This document shows positions 40,719 to 50,293 of a stretch of 64,000 bases of DNA, piece by piece. Under the pieces are notes generated by a model. The model made no database searches and was not told the origin of the DNA. It saw only the letters and a list, made by a program, of their open reading frames with translations. The stretch's first letter is position 1; every line of letters starts with the position of its first letter. The stretch is from NCBI GenBank assembly GCA_016932035.1, contig JAFGDR010000023.1, positions 9,775 through 73,774 of the forward strand, written 5' to 3'. The translations under genes were made by a program, and so were the position numbers. Source of the DNA: Candidatus Cloacimonadota bacterium (lineage in GTDB: Bacteria > Cloacimonadota > Cloacimonadia > JGIOTU-2).

Positions 40719-42098
40719 ATGGCAAAATATCCTGTTGAACCTTTCAAAATTAAAATGGTAGAACCCATCAAGATCTTAAGCAAAGATCAAAGAATAAGAA
40801 AAATAAAAGAAGCTAAATACAACTTATTCAACGTGAAAGCAGAGGATATTTTCATTGACCTCCTTACGGATAGCGGTACTTCTGCGATGAGTGATTCTCA
40901 GTGGGCAGGAATAATGATGGGTGATGAATCATACGCTGGAAGCAGGAGTTTCAAGCATTTTGAAGGCACCGTTAAAAGTATTTTTGGATTCGAGAATGTT
41001 ATCCCAACACATCAAGGACGAGCTGCTGAAGCGCTTCTCTTTTCATCAATATTAAAGCCGGGTGATTATGTTCCGAGTAATATACATTTCGATACGACAG
41101 AAGGAAATATACGAAATAATGCGGGAATCCCTGTTGCCTGTGTGATCGATGAAGGACTTGATCCTGCAAGCATACATCCTTTTAAAGGAAATATTGACCT
41201 GAATAAACTTCAAAAACTTGTGGATGAAGTTGGTGTAGACAAAATCCCAATTGCAATGATAACGATCACAAACAATAGTGGTGGTGGTCAGCCGGTTTCT
41301 CTGGAAAATATCAAGCAGGTATATTCCTTTTGGAAAAAATATAATATTCCTCTTTTCATCGACGCATGTAGATATGCCGAAAATGCCTATTTCATCAAAA
41401 TGAGAGAGAAGGGATATGAGAATAAAACCATTAAGTATATTGCACAAGAGATCTTTGCACATGCAGATGGTGCAACAATGTCAGCAAAAAAGGATGCTCT
41501 TGTTAATATTGGCGGTTTTATCACACTCCGAGACAGCGAGTTAGCAAAAAAACTTATCAGCAGGCTTATTATAACTGAAGGTTTCAGAACCTATGGCGGA
41601 TTGTCGGGTCGTGATCTTGAAGCAGTAGCTATCGGTTTGAAAGAGGGTTTAAATGAGGATTACCTGAAATACAGGATCGAACAAACAGCCTATCTTGGCG
41701 AAAGCTTGCTCGAGAATGGTATACCGATTGTTCAACCTCCGGGGGGTCATGCGATCTATCTTGATGCACTATCTATTTTACCGAATATTCCACAGAAGCA
41801 TTTTCCAGCACAATCACTCGCAGTTGCTCTCTATATTGAGGGTGGGATACGCGGAGTGGAGATTGGAAGTTTGATGTTTGCTTATGCTGATGAAAAAACG
41901 GGAAAAACAGTGTATCCTGACCTTGAGCTTGTTCGTCTTGCAATTCCTCGTCGCGTATACACAAGAGCACATTTTGACTATGTTGTCGAAACGCTGAAAA
42001 AGGTCATGGATAACAAAGATAAGCTCAAAGGATTTAAAATAACATATCAACCAGAGTTACTCAGACATTTTACTGTCGAGTTAGAAGAAAATTCTTAG
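40719..42098 (+). CDS. tnaA: Tryptophanase (PLP beta-eliminating lyase)
   Basis: IDLLTDSGT, MSAKKD (PLP Lys) and RLAIPRRVYT. VEIGS and LRHFT match tryptophanase rather than tyrosine phenol-lyase (MERG / LRFFT). Confidence 0.87.
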   Translation: MAKYPVEPFKIKMVEPIKILSKDQRIRKIKEAKYNLFNVKAEDIFIDLLTDSGTSAMSDSQWAGIMMGDESYAGSRSFKHFEGTVKSIFGFENVIPTHQGRAAEALLFSSILKPGDYVPSNIHFDTTEGNIRNNAGIPVACVIDEGLDPASIHPFKGNIDLNKLQKLVDEVGVDKIPIAMITITNNSGGGQPVSLENIKQVYSFWKKYNIPLFIDACRYAENAYFIKMREKGYENKTIKYIAQEIFAHADGATMSAKKDALVNIGGFITLRDSELAKKLISRLIITEGFRTYGGLSGRDLEAVAIGLKEGLNEDYLKYRIEQTAYLGESLLENGIPIVQPPGGHAIYLDALSILPNIPQKHFPAQSLAVALYIEGGIRGVEIGSLMFAYADEKTGKTVYPDLELVRLAIPRRVYTRAHFDYVVETLKKVMDNKDKLKGFKITYQPELLRHFTVELEENS

Positions 42099-42105
42099 GA
42101 TTAAT

Positions 42106-43335
42106 ATGGGAAAAACAATCATTGAAAAAATAATTCAGATGCATTCAGATGAAGATGTATCAGCAGGCAAGATCGTCTGGATGAAGCTGGATGTGCGGAC
42201 TGCTCGCGATTTTGGCGGTCCGAATGTTGTGAAAAATTTAGAAAAGCATTATCCTGACGCAGAACTTCCAGATAAAGATAATGTGTTCTTCACATTTGAT
42301 ACGGTTGCACCCGCAAAAACCATTCCTTATGCTAATAATCAGCAGATTTGCCGTGATTATGCAAAAAAGAATGGTCTTAAGGTGTATGATGTCGATGCAG
42401 GAATCGGTACACATATTCTTATGGAAAAAGGCTTTGCTCAGCCTGGGAGAACCCTTGTGGGAACAGACAGTCATTTCAACATACTCGGTGCTGTTAATGC
42501 GTTTGGACAAGGTATGGGAGATCAGGATATTGCATTTGGTTTTAGAACGGGTAAAACCTGGTTTGAAGTACCTGAAACAATAAAGATAAATCTTAACGGC
42601 AAATTCTCCTATCCTTCCACAGGGAAGGACCTTGTGCTATTCATTCTCAAGAGAATCGGCAGCAAGGGGGCACTTGGAAAGTGTATTGAATATTATGGAG
42701 ATTGTCTGCAGGATTTAAGTTTTGCTGAGTATATTACTCTTTGTAGCATGATGACAGAAATGGGCGGCATCGTTGCATTTCCTGAACAAAATCCTCATGT
42801 CTCACAATGGCTTCTTGAAAGAACTGGTGAAGATCAGAATTTCATCACAGCTGATGAGGATGCCATATACTCGGATGAGATTGACATCGATGTAACAGAT
42901 CTTCAACCCCAAATAGCATGTCCTCCAAAACCAGATAACGTTAAGAACGTTTCAGAACTCAAAGGACTCAAAGTCGGATCTGTTTTTGTCGGTTCCTGTA
43001 CAAACGGACGAATCGAGGATATGAGATATCTGGCAGATATTCTCAAAGGAAACCATGTTGCTGATGGAATAATGCTCCGAGTAGTTCCTGCAACGCGGGA
43101 AGTATATGGGCAAATGCTCCAAGAAGGTTTGATAGAAGCCCTTTTTCAGGCAGGAGCGATCGTCTCTAATCCGGGATGTGGAGGATGCGCCTCCGGACAA
43201 ATTGGAATGACTGGAAAAGGTGAAGTCCAAATTTCCACTTCAAATAGAAATTTCAAAGGCAAGCAGGGTGATGGAGAAACATATCTGGCAAGTCCTATCA
43301 CTGCTGCATTTGCTGCAATCAAAGGAGAACTATAA
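42106..43335 (+). CDS. Aconitase-family dehydratase large subunit (LeuC/HacA type)
   Basis: GKTIIEKI, GTDSH, GSCTNGR, PGCGGC and STSNRNFKG motifs. Confidence 0.9.
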   Translation: MGKTIIEKIIQMHSDEDVSAGKIVWMKLDVRTARDFGGPNVVKNLEKHYPDAELPDKDNVFFTFDTVAPAKTIPYANNQQICRDYAKKNGLKVYDVDAGIGTHILMEKGFAQPGRTLVGTDSHFNILGAVNAFGQGMGDQDIAFGFRTGKTWFEVPETIKINLNGKFSYPSTGKDLVLFILKRIGSKGALGKCIEYYGDCLQDLSFAEYITLCSMMTEMGGIVAFPEQNPHVSQWLLERTGEDQNFITADEDAIYSDEIDIDVTDLQPQIACPPKPDNVKNVSELKGLKVGSVFVGSCTNGRIEDMRYLADILKGNHVADGIMLRVVPATREVYGQMLQEGLIEALFQAGAIVSNPGCGGCASGQIGMTGKGEVQISTSNRNFKGKQGDGETYLASPITAAFAAIKGEL

Positions 43336-43344
43336 CGTACTACT

Positions 43345-44571
43345 ATGAAGAACCTGTTTTTGCTCTTGCTACTGGTTGTCATTTTGATCACATGTACTCA
43401 TCAGGAAGAATTAATAGAGATAGAACCTCCTGATCCGTATGAGCATGTAATTGGTAGACTGAAAACCGGAAAGTCTTTATACTCAGTTCTTTTAGATAAT
43501 AATGTATCATATCAGGATGCATACAAGATCACCAAAGAACTTAACTCTATATATGACCTGAGATATTCACATCCTAATGACAGTTTTCATTTAAAAATTG
43601 ATACGCTTGGAATTGTTCAGGTAATTGAGTATTCACCTAATAAGATTGAAAAATATATTGTTGCACGTGATTCGACTGATGAATTCGAAGTATTCCATGA
43701 AAAGCTCGTACTCGAAAAAGAGGTTAAGCTTCTTACAACGATACTGAAATCTTCATTATACGAAACACTGATCAATGGGGGACTTGATCCTCAGCTCGTT
43801 ATGAAGTTCAGCGATATTTTTCAATGGGATATCGACTTTTTTATAGATCCTCGAGAAGGGGATACCTGCTCGATTGTATATGAAGCATACAGTCATGATG
43901 GAGAAATTTTACAGTATGGTGAGATTTTAGGTGCTTCATATAAAGGGAAATTATTTGATCTGACTGCGTATTATTTTGATAATGGGAATAACATTCATGG
44001 CTATTATAATGAGTATGGTGAATCATTTCAAAAAGCATTTCTCCGTTCACCACTAAATTATTCTTTTATCAGCTCATATTTCGGTATGCGCCTGCACCCG
44101 ATAACAAAGCAGGTCTGGCTGCACAATGGCGTGGATTATGCTGCCCCTCTCGGTACGCCTGTAGCAAGCTCTGCAGATGGAACGGTCATTCATAAAGGGT
44201 GGAAGGGTGGTCATCCAACACCAAAGGGGAATACTGGCGGATATGGTTATACGGTTATGATACGGCATTCGAATGGCTATAAAACGCTTTACGGTCATTT
44301 GAGTTCGTATGCTAAGAATCTCTACGTAGGAAAACGGGTTGTTCAAGGTGAAATAATCGGTTATGTCGGCTCAACAGGATGGTCAACAGGACCGCATCTT
44401 CATTATACGATCTATCATCATGATGCTCCCATCAATCCTTTGTCACTCAATAATGTTTCAGGACCTCCTATTCCGAAAGAATATATCGATACATTTAATG
44501 AATCCGTTCATAACATTAATACACTTCTCGAACAATCCAACAAAACATTTTTGCAATCAATTTTCGGTTGA
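43345..44571 (+). CDS. M23 family peptidoglycan DD-endopeptidase (MepM-like), possible lipoprotein
   Basis: WDIDF, FLRSPL, HNGVDYAAP, YGHLS and STGPHLHY motifs; LITC lipobox-like N-terminus. Confidence 0.9.
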   Translation: MKNLFLLLLLVVILITCTHQEELIEIEPPDPYEHVIGRLKTGKSLYSVLLDNNVSYQDAYKITKELNSIYDLRYSHPNDSFHLKIDTLGIVQVIEYSPNKIEKYIVARDSTDEFEVFHEKLVLEKEVKLLTTILKSSLYETLINGGLDPQLVMKFSDIFQWDIDFFIDPREGDTCSIVYEAYSHDGEILQYGEILGASYKGKLFDLTAYYFDNGNNIHGYYNEYGESFQKAFLRSPLNYSFISSYFGMRLHPITKQVWLHNGVDYAAPLGTPVASSADGTVIHKGWKGGHPTPKGNTGGYGYTVMIRHSNGYKTLYGHLSSYAKNLYVGKRVVQGEIIGYVGSTGWSTGPHLHYTIYHHDAPINPLSLNNVSGPPIPKEYIDTFNESVHNINTLLEQSNKTFLQSIFG

Positions 44572-44659
44572 TTTAAATAAGTTTGTATATTATATGGTCC
44601 AAAGGATTTATTCAGCAAAAAATTTGACAGTTTAAATGGAGTAGCACGTTTTATCTATA

Positions 44660-45184
44660 ATGCAAAAAGACTGTAAAATAACCGGCAAAATTTGGCTTAT
44701 ACTCGATCAAAACAATCATCTTATTAATGATATCGACACTGATATGATCTTTCACAATCAATACCTAGCGATCACTGAAATCGAAAAAATGGGACAATAT
44801 ACGTTTGACAATCTTGAAGGTTGGAAGGATTTTGCAGCTAAAGCAGTAAAAGGTGATATTGTTATTGCTGGAAAAAACTTCGGTGCCGGATCATCACGGC
44901 AACAAGCTGTTGACTGTTTTGCTTCTCTCGGCATTCAAGCTATACTCGCTGAATCATTTGGTGCAATTTATAAAAGAAATGCCATCAATTCCGGGTTGCC
45001 AATTTTAACAATTACACACATCGAACTTGATAACCTTTCTCAACGACGCGAAATCACCCTTGATCTTGAGAAAGGTATTGTTTCGACTCCATATATTCAA
45101 ATAGAACCTTTTTCAAAAGTTCAGTTTGATATTTATCAGGCAGGTAATTTATTTACTTTCGGAAAACAAGTAATTAATAAATAA
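44660..45184 (+). CDS. Aconitase-family dehydratase small subunit (LeuD/HacB type)
   Basis: DIDTDMI, GKNFGAGSSRQQA and SFGAIYKRNAINSGLP motifs. Confidence 0.9.
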   Translation: MQKDCKITGKIWLILDQNNHLINDIDTDMIFHNQYLAITEIEKMGQYTFDNLEGWKDFAAKAVKGDIVIAGKNFGAGSSRQQAVDCFASLGIQAILAESFGAIYKRNAINSGLPILTITHIELDNLSQRREITLDLEKGIVSTPYIQIEPFSKVQFDIYQAGNLFTFGKQVINK

Positions 45185-45212
45185 AAAAAATACAAAGAAA
45201 GGAGCAACAAAA

Positions 45213-48017
45213 GTGAAAGTTTCTAGGAAATTTGGACTATTGCTTTTGATGTTCACGCTGTTATTCATAAGTTCAGCATTCGGGAAGATGTTGCCCAATA
45301 ATGAACCTGTTGAAGGATTGAAAGTTGAAGATGTTCCTCATGATGATGGCGGAGGACTTGTTCTGAGTTGGAAACCTTTGCCCAAAGAGAAACGCATCAT
45401 TGAATATCGCATTTACCGCGGATATACTCCAGATAGCTTATTCTATATCGGAAAAATACCTGTTGATTCCAAAACCGGTGTTGCCTCCGATACAATGAAG
45501 TATGTAGACCAGGGCTGGACATTTTTTGTTGATGCCACTTCTCCAGCAAAGTTAAGGCACGAAAAAGGACAAAAGAAAGGAACAAAAGGTGCGGAAGTAC
45601 TCTATCGAACGATGCCCCGTGACATGAAAGTGTATGGTCCCGTGATGGATCACTACCGCATGCTTGCTGTTATTCCTGATAATGAATATGTCTATCACAC
45701 GAAGATGAGAGAATTTACCGATGTTGATACAACTGAAGATGGAACGATTGATACGACATCGACCATCCTTGCCGGCATGAAATTACAGCAGGTAAAGTAT
45801 ATTCTCACAAAATTAACAGTAGGGAAAGATTATTTTTATGCGATTCAGGCATTAAACATGAACCGTACAGCTTCTCCACTTTCTGCTATTGTAAGTGGAA
45901 AAACTACTGATGATCCCCCTGAAAAACTTGAAGAATTCTATGCTGTTGCTGTTACAGATAAAGAGCAGATGCAGTTCGAATGGACATTACCAGTTTTTGC
46001 AGATGATCAAAAACAATTTAATATCTATCTCTATGATGAGTTTGATGATAAGCATCTCATCTTTACAAGACCTGATGCTTATCCGTATACACCTCAAACA
46101 AATGCAATCGTTCCTTATGATTCTATTGCAGTACGGTATGATGCATTTAATCCGGCAAATATGAAATGGTATCGATTCAATATCGGAGAGCAGGATAGAC
46201 AAGATCAGGAAACTCTAGCAAAGGATGAACCTATTCCAGCAGAGATTATTACCTCTTCAATGCTTCCTGTCCCGCCTGTTCATTTTACTGTAAAAGATCA
46301 ACCTAATGACAAGGGTGATCAGATGCAGGTATACTTTGGATATCCCTATTTTGGACTTTCAAAGTTAGTATACAATGATGCCTTTACCAAACTCACCGTG
46401 AACTATTTCATCACAGATAATACAATGTATGAAGTTGACCGTTTGATCTTAACGATCAATGGTAAAACCAAAACAGAATACGTGCTTGATAATAAACTCG
46501 ATTTTAAGGTGAACTGGGATTACACACAGCCCATGAAAATTAGAGGAACGTTTGTGTGTAAACACAAAGGACAGGAACCTTTACCAGAAGACTATGCTGT
46601 GACTCATACCTTTTCTTTCGATACAAACATGCAGCTTGTTTTGATCGACACTCCACCAAACGAACAAATGAAAGAAATGGTGGATTATTACTATCAAGTA
46701 TATAAGATAAACCATGTTAGCGATGTGTATCGATATGCAAAGGAAATGTCTTTCAGAGAAAGAGAATATATCGATAAAATAGCTTTTGCAACTGTTCAGT
46801 TTAGAGGACGACCCCGGTTCGATCTTAATGAAAAACGATTATATTTCAGTACATATCTCGCAATTGTCAATTATGAAGATCAATATCCCTATTATACACA
46901 GGCCTTGTATCTTGACCAGCTTCATCAACAGGATGAAGAGCTGAAAGAAGAAATTGCGAAACTTCAAACTGAACTTGAAACTGAAACAGATAAAGAGGAA
47001 ATAGCTAATATTGAAGATCGAATAGATCTTTATATAAGCTATCTTGAAGATAAACCTGAGATCGTTAAGGAAGCTAATCAATTAAAAACTGACAAAGAAC
47101 GTATGAAGTTGCTGTATACAACAGCCTGTAAAGCAACACGTTCTTTCAAGTATTATATTAGAAAAACTGATGGAAAGGGACATTTTATTGATACACCTGT
47201 TTATACTGCCCCAAATGGAGAGCAATATCTCTTTCCGAAGCAGAATTGGTTCAACACAGATGAAATAATTACTCTCGTTGCAGTCCTACTTTTCGGCGCT
47301 TTGGTTTACTTCATGATCCGAGCTGCAAGAAAAGGTAAGAGATTATATATACGTCCAATCGCAGGTATTCAGGAGATTGATAATGCAATCGGTCGTGCCA
47401 CAGAAATGGGAAGACCGATATTGTTCGTTCCCGGATTGAGTGGTATCAGTGATGTGGCAACCCTCGCAGGATTGGCGATTTTGAGCAAAGTTGCGAAAAA
47501 AGCTGCAGAATATGACACAAGGATTCTTGTTCCGTGTCGCGACTTTATTGTGCTTCCAATCGCTCAGGAAACTGTTAAAGAAGCTCATTATGAAGCAGGA
47601 CGTCCCGACACTTATGACAAAAACAGCGTATTCTTCATTACCCAGGCCCAGTTTGCATTTGTGTCCGGTGTTAATGGTATCATGATCCGTGAAAAAACCG
47701 CAACGAACTTCTATATGGGTATGTTCTGGGCTGAGTCTCTTCTTATGACAGAGACAGGAAGTATGACAGGTGCTATCCAGATCGCAGGTACAGATGCGGT
47801 TAACCAGCTACCCTTCTTTATCACGACATGTGACTACACATTGATTGGTGAAGAACTGTATGCAGCGAGTGCTTATCTTTCGAAACAGCCACTCATTCTC
47901 GGTACTCTTAAAGCGCAGGATTATATGAAGCTTCTCATTGTTATCACTGTTGTAATTGGAACCCTGCTTTCAACTGTTCACCTTACGTTCTTTATGAACT
48001 GGTTCCCAGCTAAATAG
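45213..48017 (+). CDS. Large exported/membrane protein: signal peptide, Fn3-like repeats, coiled coil, C-terminal DUF6754-like membrane domain
   Basis: D.P.D.G..L.L.W motifs; C-terminus IRPIAGIQEIDNAIGRATEMGRP...Q.A...G...RE..A.NF..G.F.AESL...E.G...GAIQIAGT....QLPFF...CDYTLIGEELYAASAYLS. Confidence 0.75.
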   Translation: MKVSRKFGLLLLMFTLLFISSAFGKMLPNNEPVEGLKVEDVPHDDGGGLVLSWKPLPKEKRIIEYRIYRGYTPDSLFYIGKIPVDSKTGVASDTMKYVDQGWTFFVDATSPAKLRHEKGQKKGTKGAEVLYRTMPRDMKVYGPVMDHYRMLAVIPDNEYVYHTKMREFTDVDTTEDGTIDTTSTILAGMKLQQVKYILTKLTVGKDYFYAIQALNMNRTASPLSAIVSGKTTDDPPEKLEEFYAVAVTDKEQMQFEWTLPVFADDQKQFNIYLYDEFDDKHLIFTRPDAYPYTPQTNAIVPYDSIAVRYDAFNPANMKWYRFNIGEQDRQDQETLAKDEPIPAEIITSSMLPVPPVHFTVKDQPNDKGDQMQVYFGYPYFGLSKLVYNDAFTKLTVNYFITDNTMYEVDRLILTINGKTKTEYVLDNKLDFKVNWDYTQPMKIRGTFVCKHKGQEPLPEDYAVTHTFSFDTNMQLVLIDTPPNEQMKEMVDYYYQVYKINHVSDVYRYAKEMSFREREYIDKIAFATVQFRGRPRFDLNEKRLYFSTYLAIVNYEDQYPYYTQALYLDQLHQQDEELKEEIAKLQTELETETDKEEIANIEDRIDLYISYLEDKPEIVKEANQLKTDKERMKLLYTTACKATRSFKYYIRKTDGKGHFIDTPVYTAPNGEQYLFPKQNWFNTDEIITLVAVLLFGALVYFMIRAARKGKRLYIRPIAGIQEIDNAIGRATEMGRPILFVPGLSGISDVATLAGLAILSKVAKKAAEYDTRILVPCRDFIVLPIAQETVKEAHYEAGRPDTYDKNSVFFITQAQFAFVSGVNGIMIREKTATNFYMGMFWAESLLMTETGSMTGAIQIAGTDAVNQLPFFITTCDYTLIGEELYAASAYLSKQPLILGTLKAQDYMKLLIVITVVIGTLLSTVHLTFFMNWFPAK

Positions 48018-48031
48018 AAAGGAGTATCATA

Positions 48032-48655
48032 ATGAAAAGACAAATACCTTTAATGATAGTTTTGATACTTGGTTTACTCTTTGTTGCTCATGTATTCATT
48101 CCCAGCAAACTCTCCTCAGATTACCTCGACTGGTTCATGAAATGGACAAAAGTTATAGGTCCTTTCGCGATTGTGTTGGGTGTTTTCAGTCTTGTTCTTG
48201 TTCATTATAACAAGATTAAACGCAAAGCTCCTAACTGGGGATACAGTATAGTTACACTTGCAGCACTTGTTATAACAACCGTTGTTGGATTCGTGTGGGG
48301 CATCCAGGAAGGAACCCCCTATATGTGGATCTTTGAGAATTTCAATGTTCCGCTGGGTGCAACGATGTTCTCACTCCTCGCTTTCTACATTGCATCCGCA
48401 GCATATAAGGCGTTCAGAGCACGATCTGTTGAAGCGACCGTATTGCTTGTCGCAGCTATTATTGTGATGCTCGGACGTGTCTCGATTGGACAAGCGATAA
48501 CCCACTGGATTCCTGATATTACTGAATGGATCCTCAATGTGCCAAACCTAGCAGCCAAGCGCGGAATTGCACTTGGTGTAGGACTTGGTATGACCGCAAC
48601 ATCTCTCAAGATCATGCTTGGGATCGAGCGCTCATATCTTGGCGGAAGGGATTAA
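48032..48655 (+). CDS. Conserved hypothetical polytopic membrane protein
   Basis: About 6 TM segments; PL.ATMFSLLAFYIASAAYKAFRARS.EA..LL and AAKRGI.LG..LG....SL...LGIER; AAAGGAG RBS. Confidence 0.75.
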   Translation: MKRQIPLMIVLILGLLFVAHVFIPSKLSSDYLDWFMKWTKVIGPFAIVLGVFSLVLVHYNKIKRKAPNWGYSIVTLAALVITTVVGFVWGIQEGTPYMWIFENFNVPLGATMFSLLAFYIASAAYKAFRARSVEATVLLVAAIIVMLGRVSIGQAITHWIPDITEWILNVPNLAAKRGIALGVGLGMTATSLKIMLGIERSYLGGRD

Positions 48656-48664
48656 GGAGGTATC

Positions 48665-49618
48665 ATGAAATTTGCAGATAGCATTCAAAAATTAGATAGA
48701 AGAATCATCTATATTATTCTTGCTCTCGCAGTGATTTTACCTCTTGTTTTCCCTGTTGGATTCAAAACCTATACAACAACACCGGTCGAAGATCTATACC
48801 GTCACATCGATGCTGCAGCAGGCAGAGAAGATATGGCAATTATCATGGACTTCACGCATGATCCCGGTGTGCTGCCGGAACTTTACCCGATGGACCTTGC
48901 GATCCTGAGACATTGTTTCCAGAGAAATATCAAAGTATTCACGATATCCTTCCTTCCACAAGGCGCAGCGATCATTCAGCTTGCACTATCGGAAGTGAAA
49001 GAAGATTATCCTAATATCGAAGCTAATGTCGATTATTGCAACTTTGGATTTAAACCATGGAGTTTGAAGCTTCCTATCATGCTTGGTATGGGTGATGATA
49101 TTGCTGAAGCTGTTGAAACAAATAGTGAAGGACTAAAACTCGAGAATCTTCCTATTATGCAGGATCTTAAAAATTATGATAATATCCAGGTAGTTGTAGA
49201 AATTTCAGGTTCTTCGATGGGGCAATTCTGGGTAACGTATGCTCGCGCTAAATTCGGTGTTGATGTTGCAGTCGGTCTTACTGCTGTTATGGCTGCAGAT
49301 GTGTACCCTTTCCTTCAAACAGGACAGTTTATTGGCAGTTTGGGTGGATTGAAAGGTGCTGCTGAATACGAACAGCTCGTTGACATTTTCGCAATGAATG
49401 GTATTGAGTTCAGTAAGAAAAATGCCAGAAATATGGCATGGGTAGAAGCCCAGTATGAAGAGCTTCCTGAACTCGCAAAATTGTATAAATATAACAAAGC
49501 CCGTATCGGTATGGATGCACAGGCTATTGTTCACGTGCTCATAATCCTCTTTATCATACTTGGTAATATTGGATATTTCCTTGAAAAACGTGATCAAAAA
49601 AAGAAGTTTGGAAAATAA
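48665..49618 (+). CDS. Conserved hypothetical membrane protein (N- and C-terminal TM flanking a soluble alpha/beta domain)
   Basis: DRRIIY, EL.PM..A.LRH.F, TAVMAAD.YPFLQTGQ..G.LGGLKGAAEYE and MDAQ...H..I..FI.LGN motifs; AAGGAGG RBS. Confidence 0.75.
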   Translation: MKFADSIQKLDRRIIYIILALAVILPLVFPVGFKTYTTTPVEDLYRHIDAAAGREDMAIIMDFTHDPGVLPELYPMDLAILRHCFQRNIKVFTISFLPQGAAIIQLALSEVKEDYPNIEANVDYCNFGFKPWSLKLPIMLGMGDDIAEAVETNSEGLKLENLPIMQDLKNYDNIQVVVEISGSSMGQFWVTYARAKFGVDVAVGLTAVMAADVYPFLQTGQFIGSLGGLKGAAEYEQLVDIFAMNGIEFSKKNARNMAWVEAQYEELPELAKLYKYNKARIGMDAQAIVHVLIILFIILGNIGYFLEKRDQKKKFGK

Positions 49619-49627
49619 GGAGTAAAC

Positions 49628-50227
49628 ATGACTGAAACAATTGGAATCTGGATTGCTGCATTTTTGACACTCTGCATGTTTTCTTTCCTGTATAAGGATA
49701 ATCCGTTCTATAAATTTGCAGAACACCTCTTCGTAGGCGTTTCAATGGGTTACTATATTCCATATACCTTCTATAATGCTTTTCTCCCATACGCATACGA
49801 ACCGCTTTTTCTCAAAAAAGATTATATCCTCATCATACCTTTCATTATCGGTATTCTGTACTGGTTTAGATTTTCATCAAAACTGAGTTGGATCAGCCGT
49901 TATCCCATTGCATTTAGCATGGGTATGGTAGGTATGGGTGTTCCCATGGGAATGCACGCAAATGTGCTTGTGCAAATGAGAAGTATGATGCTTCCACTCA
50001 ATAACATCAACATCATCTTGATCTTTGTTGGAACCATCAGTATTCTCTTGTATTTCTTCTTCTCCAAAGCACATAAAGGTGTATATGGAAAGTTTACTTC
50101 CATTGGTATCTGGTTCATGATGATCGGATTCGGTGCATCATTCGGTTATACGGTGATGGCTCGTATCTCACTCCTCATTGGACGAGTACAATTCCTGCTT
50201 GGTGACTGGTTAGGATTGATCAAATAA
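49628..50227 (+). CDS. Conserved hypothetical polytopic membrane protein
   Basis: LTL..FSFLYKDNPFYKFAEHLFVGVS.GY, L.YFFFS..H and M.GFGASFGYTVMARISLLIGR..FL..DWL motifs; AAGGAG RBS. Confidence 0.75.
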   Translation: MTETIGIWIAAFLTLCMFSFLYKDNPFYKFAEHLFVGVSMGYYIPYTFYNAFLPYAYEPLFLKKDYILIIPFIIGILYWFRFSSKLSWISRYPIAFSMGMVGMGVPMGMHANVLVQMRSMMLPLNNINIILIFVGTISILLYFFFSKAHKGVYGKFTSIGIWFMMIGFGASFGYTVMARISLLIGRVQFLLGDWLGLIK

Positions 50228-50241
50228 TTTGCGCAATCAAC

Positions 50242-50290
50242 AAAAGCACAAAGATTATGATGTGATGTCATGGCTTTGTGCTTTTCTTTT
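50242..50290 (+). terminator. Terminator closing the four-gene membrane operon
   Basis: Inverted repeat AAAAGCACAAAG...CTTTGTGCTTTT followed by CTTTT. Confidence 0.7.
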
Positions 50291-50293
50291 GCT

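Noticed and set aside
40719..42098. Tyrosine phenol-lyase assignment
   Set aside because: The diagnostic segments VEIGS and LRHFT match tryptophanase.
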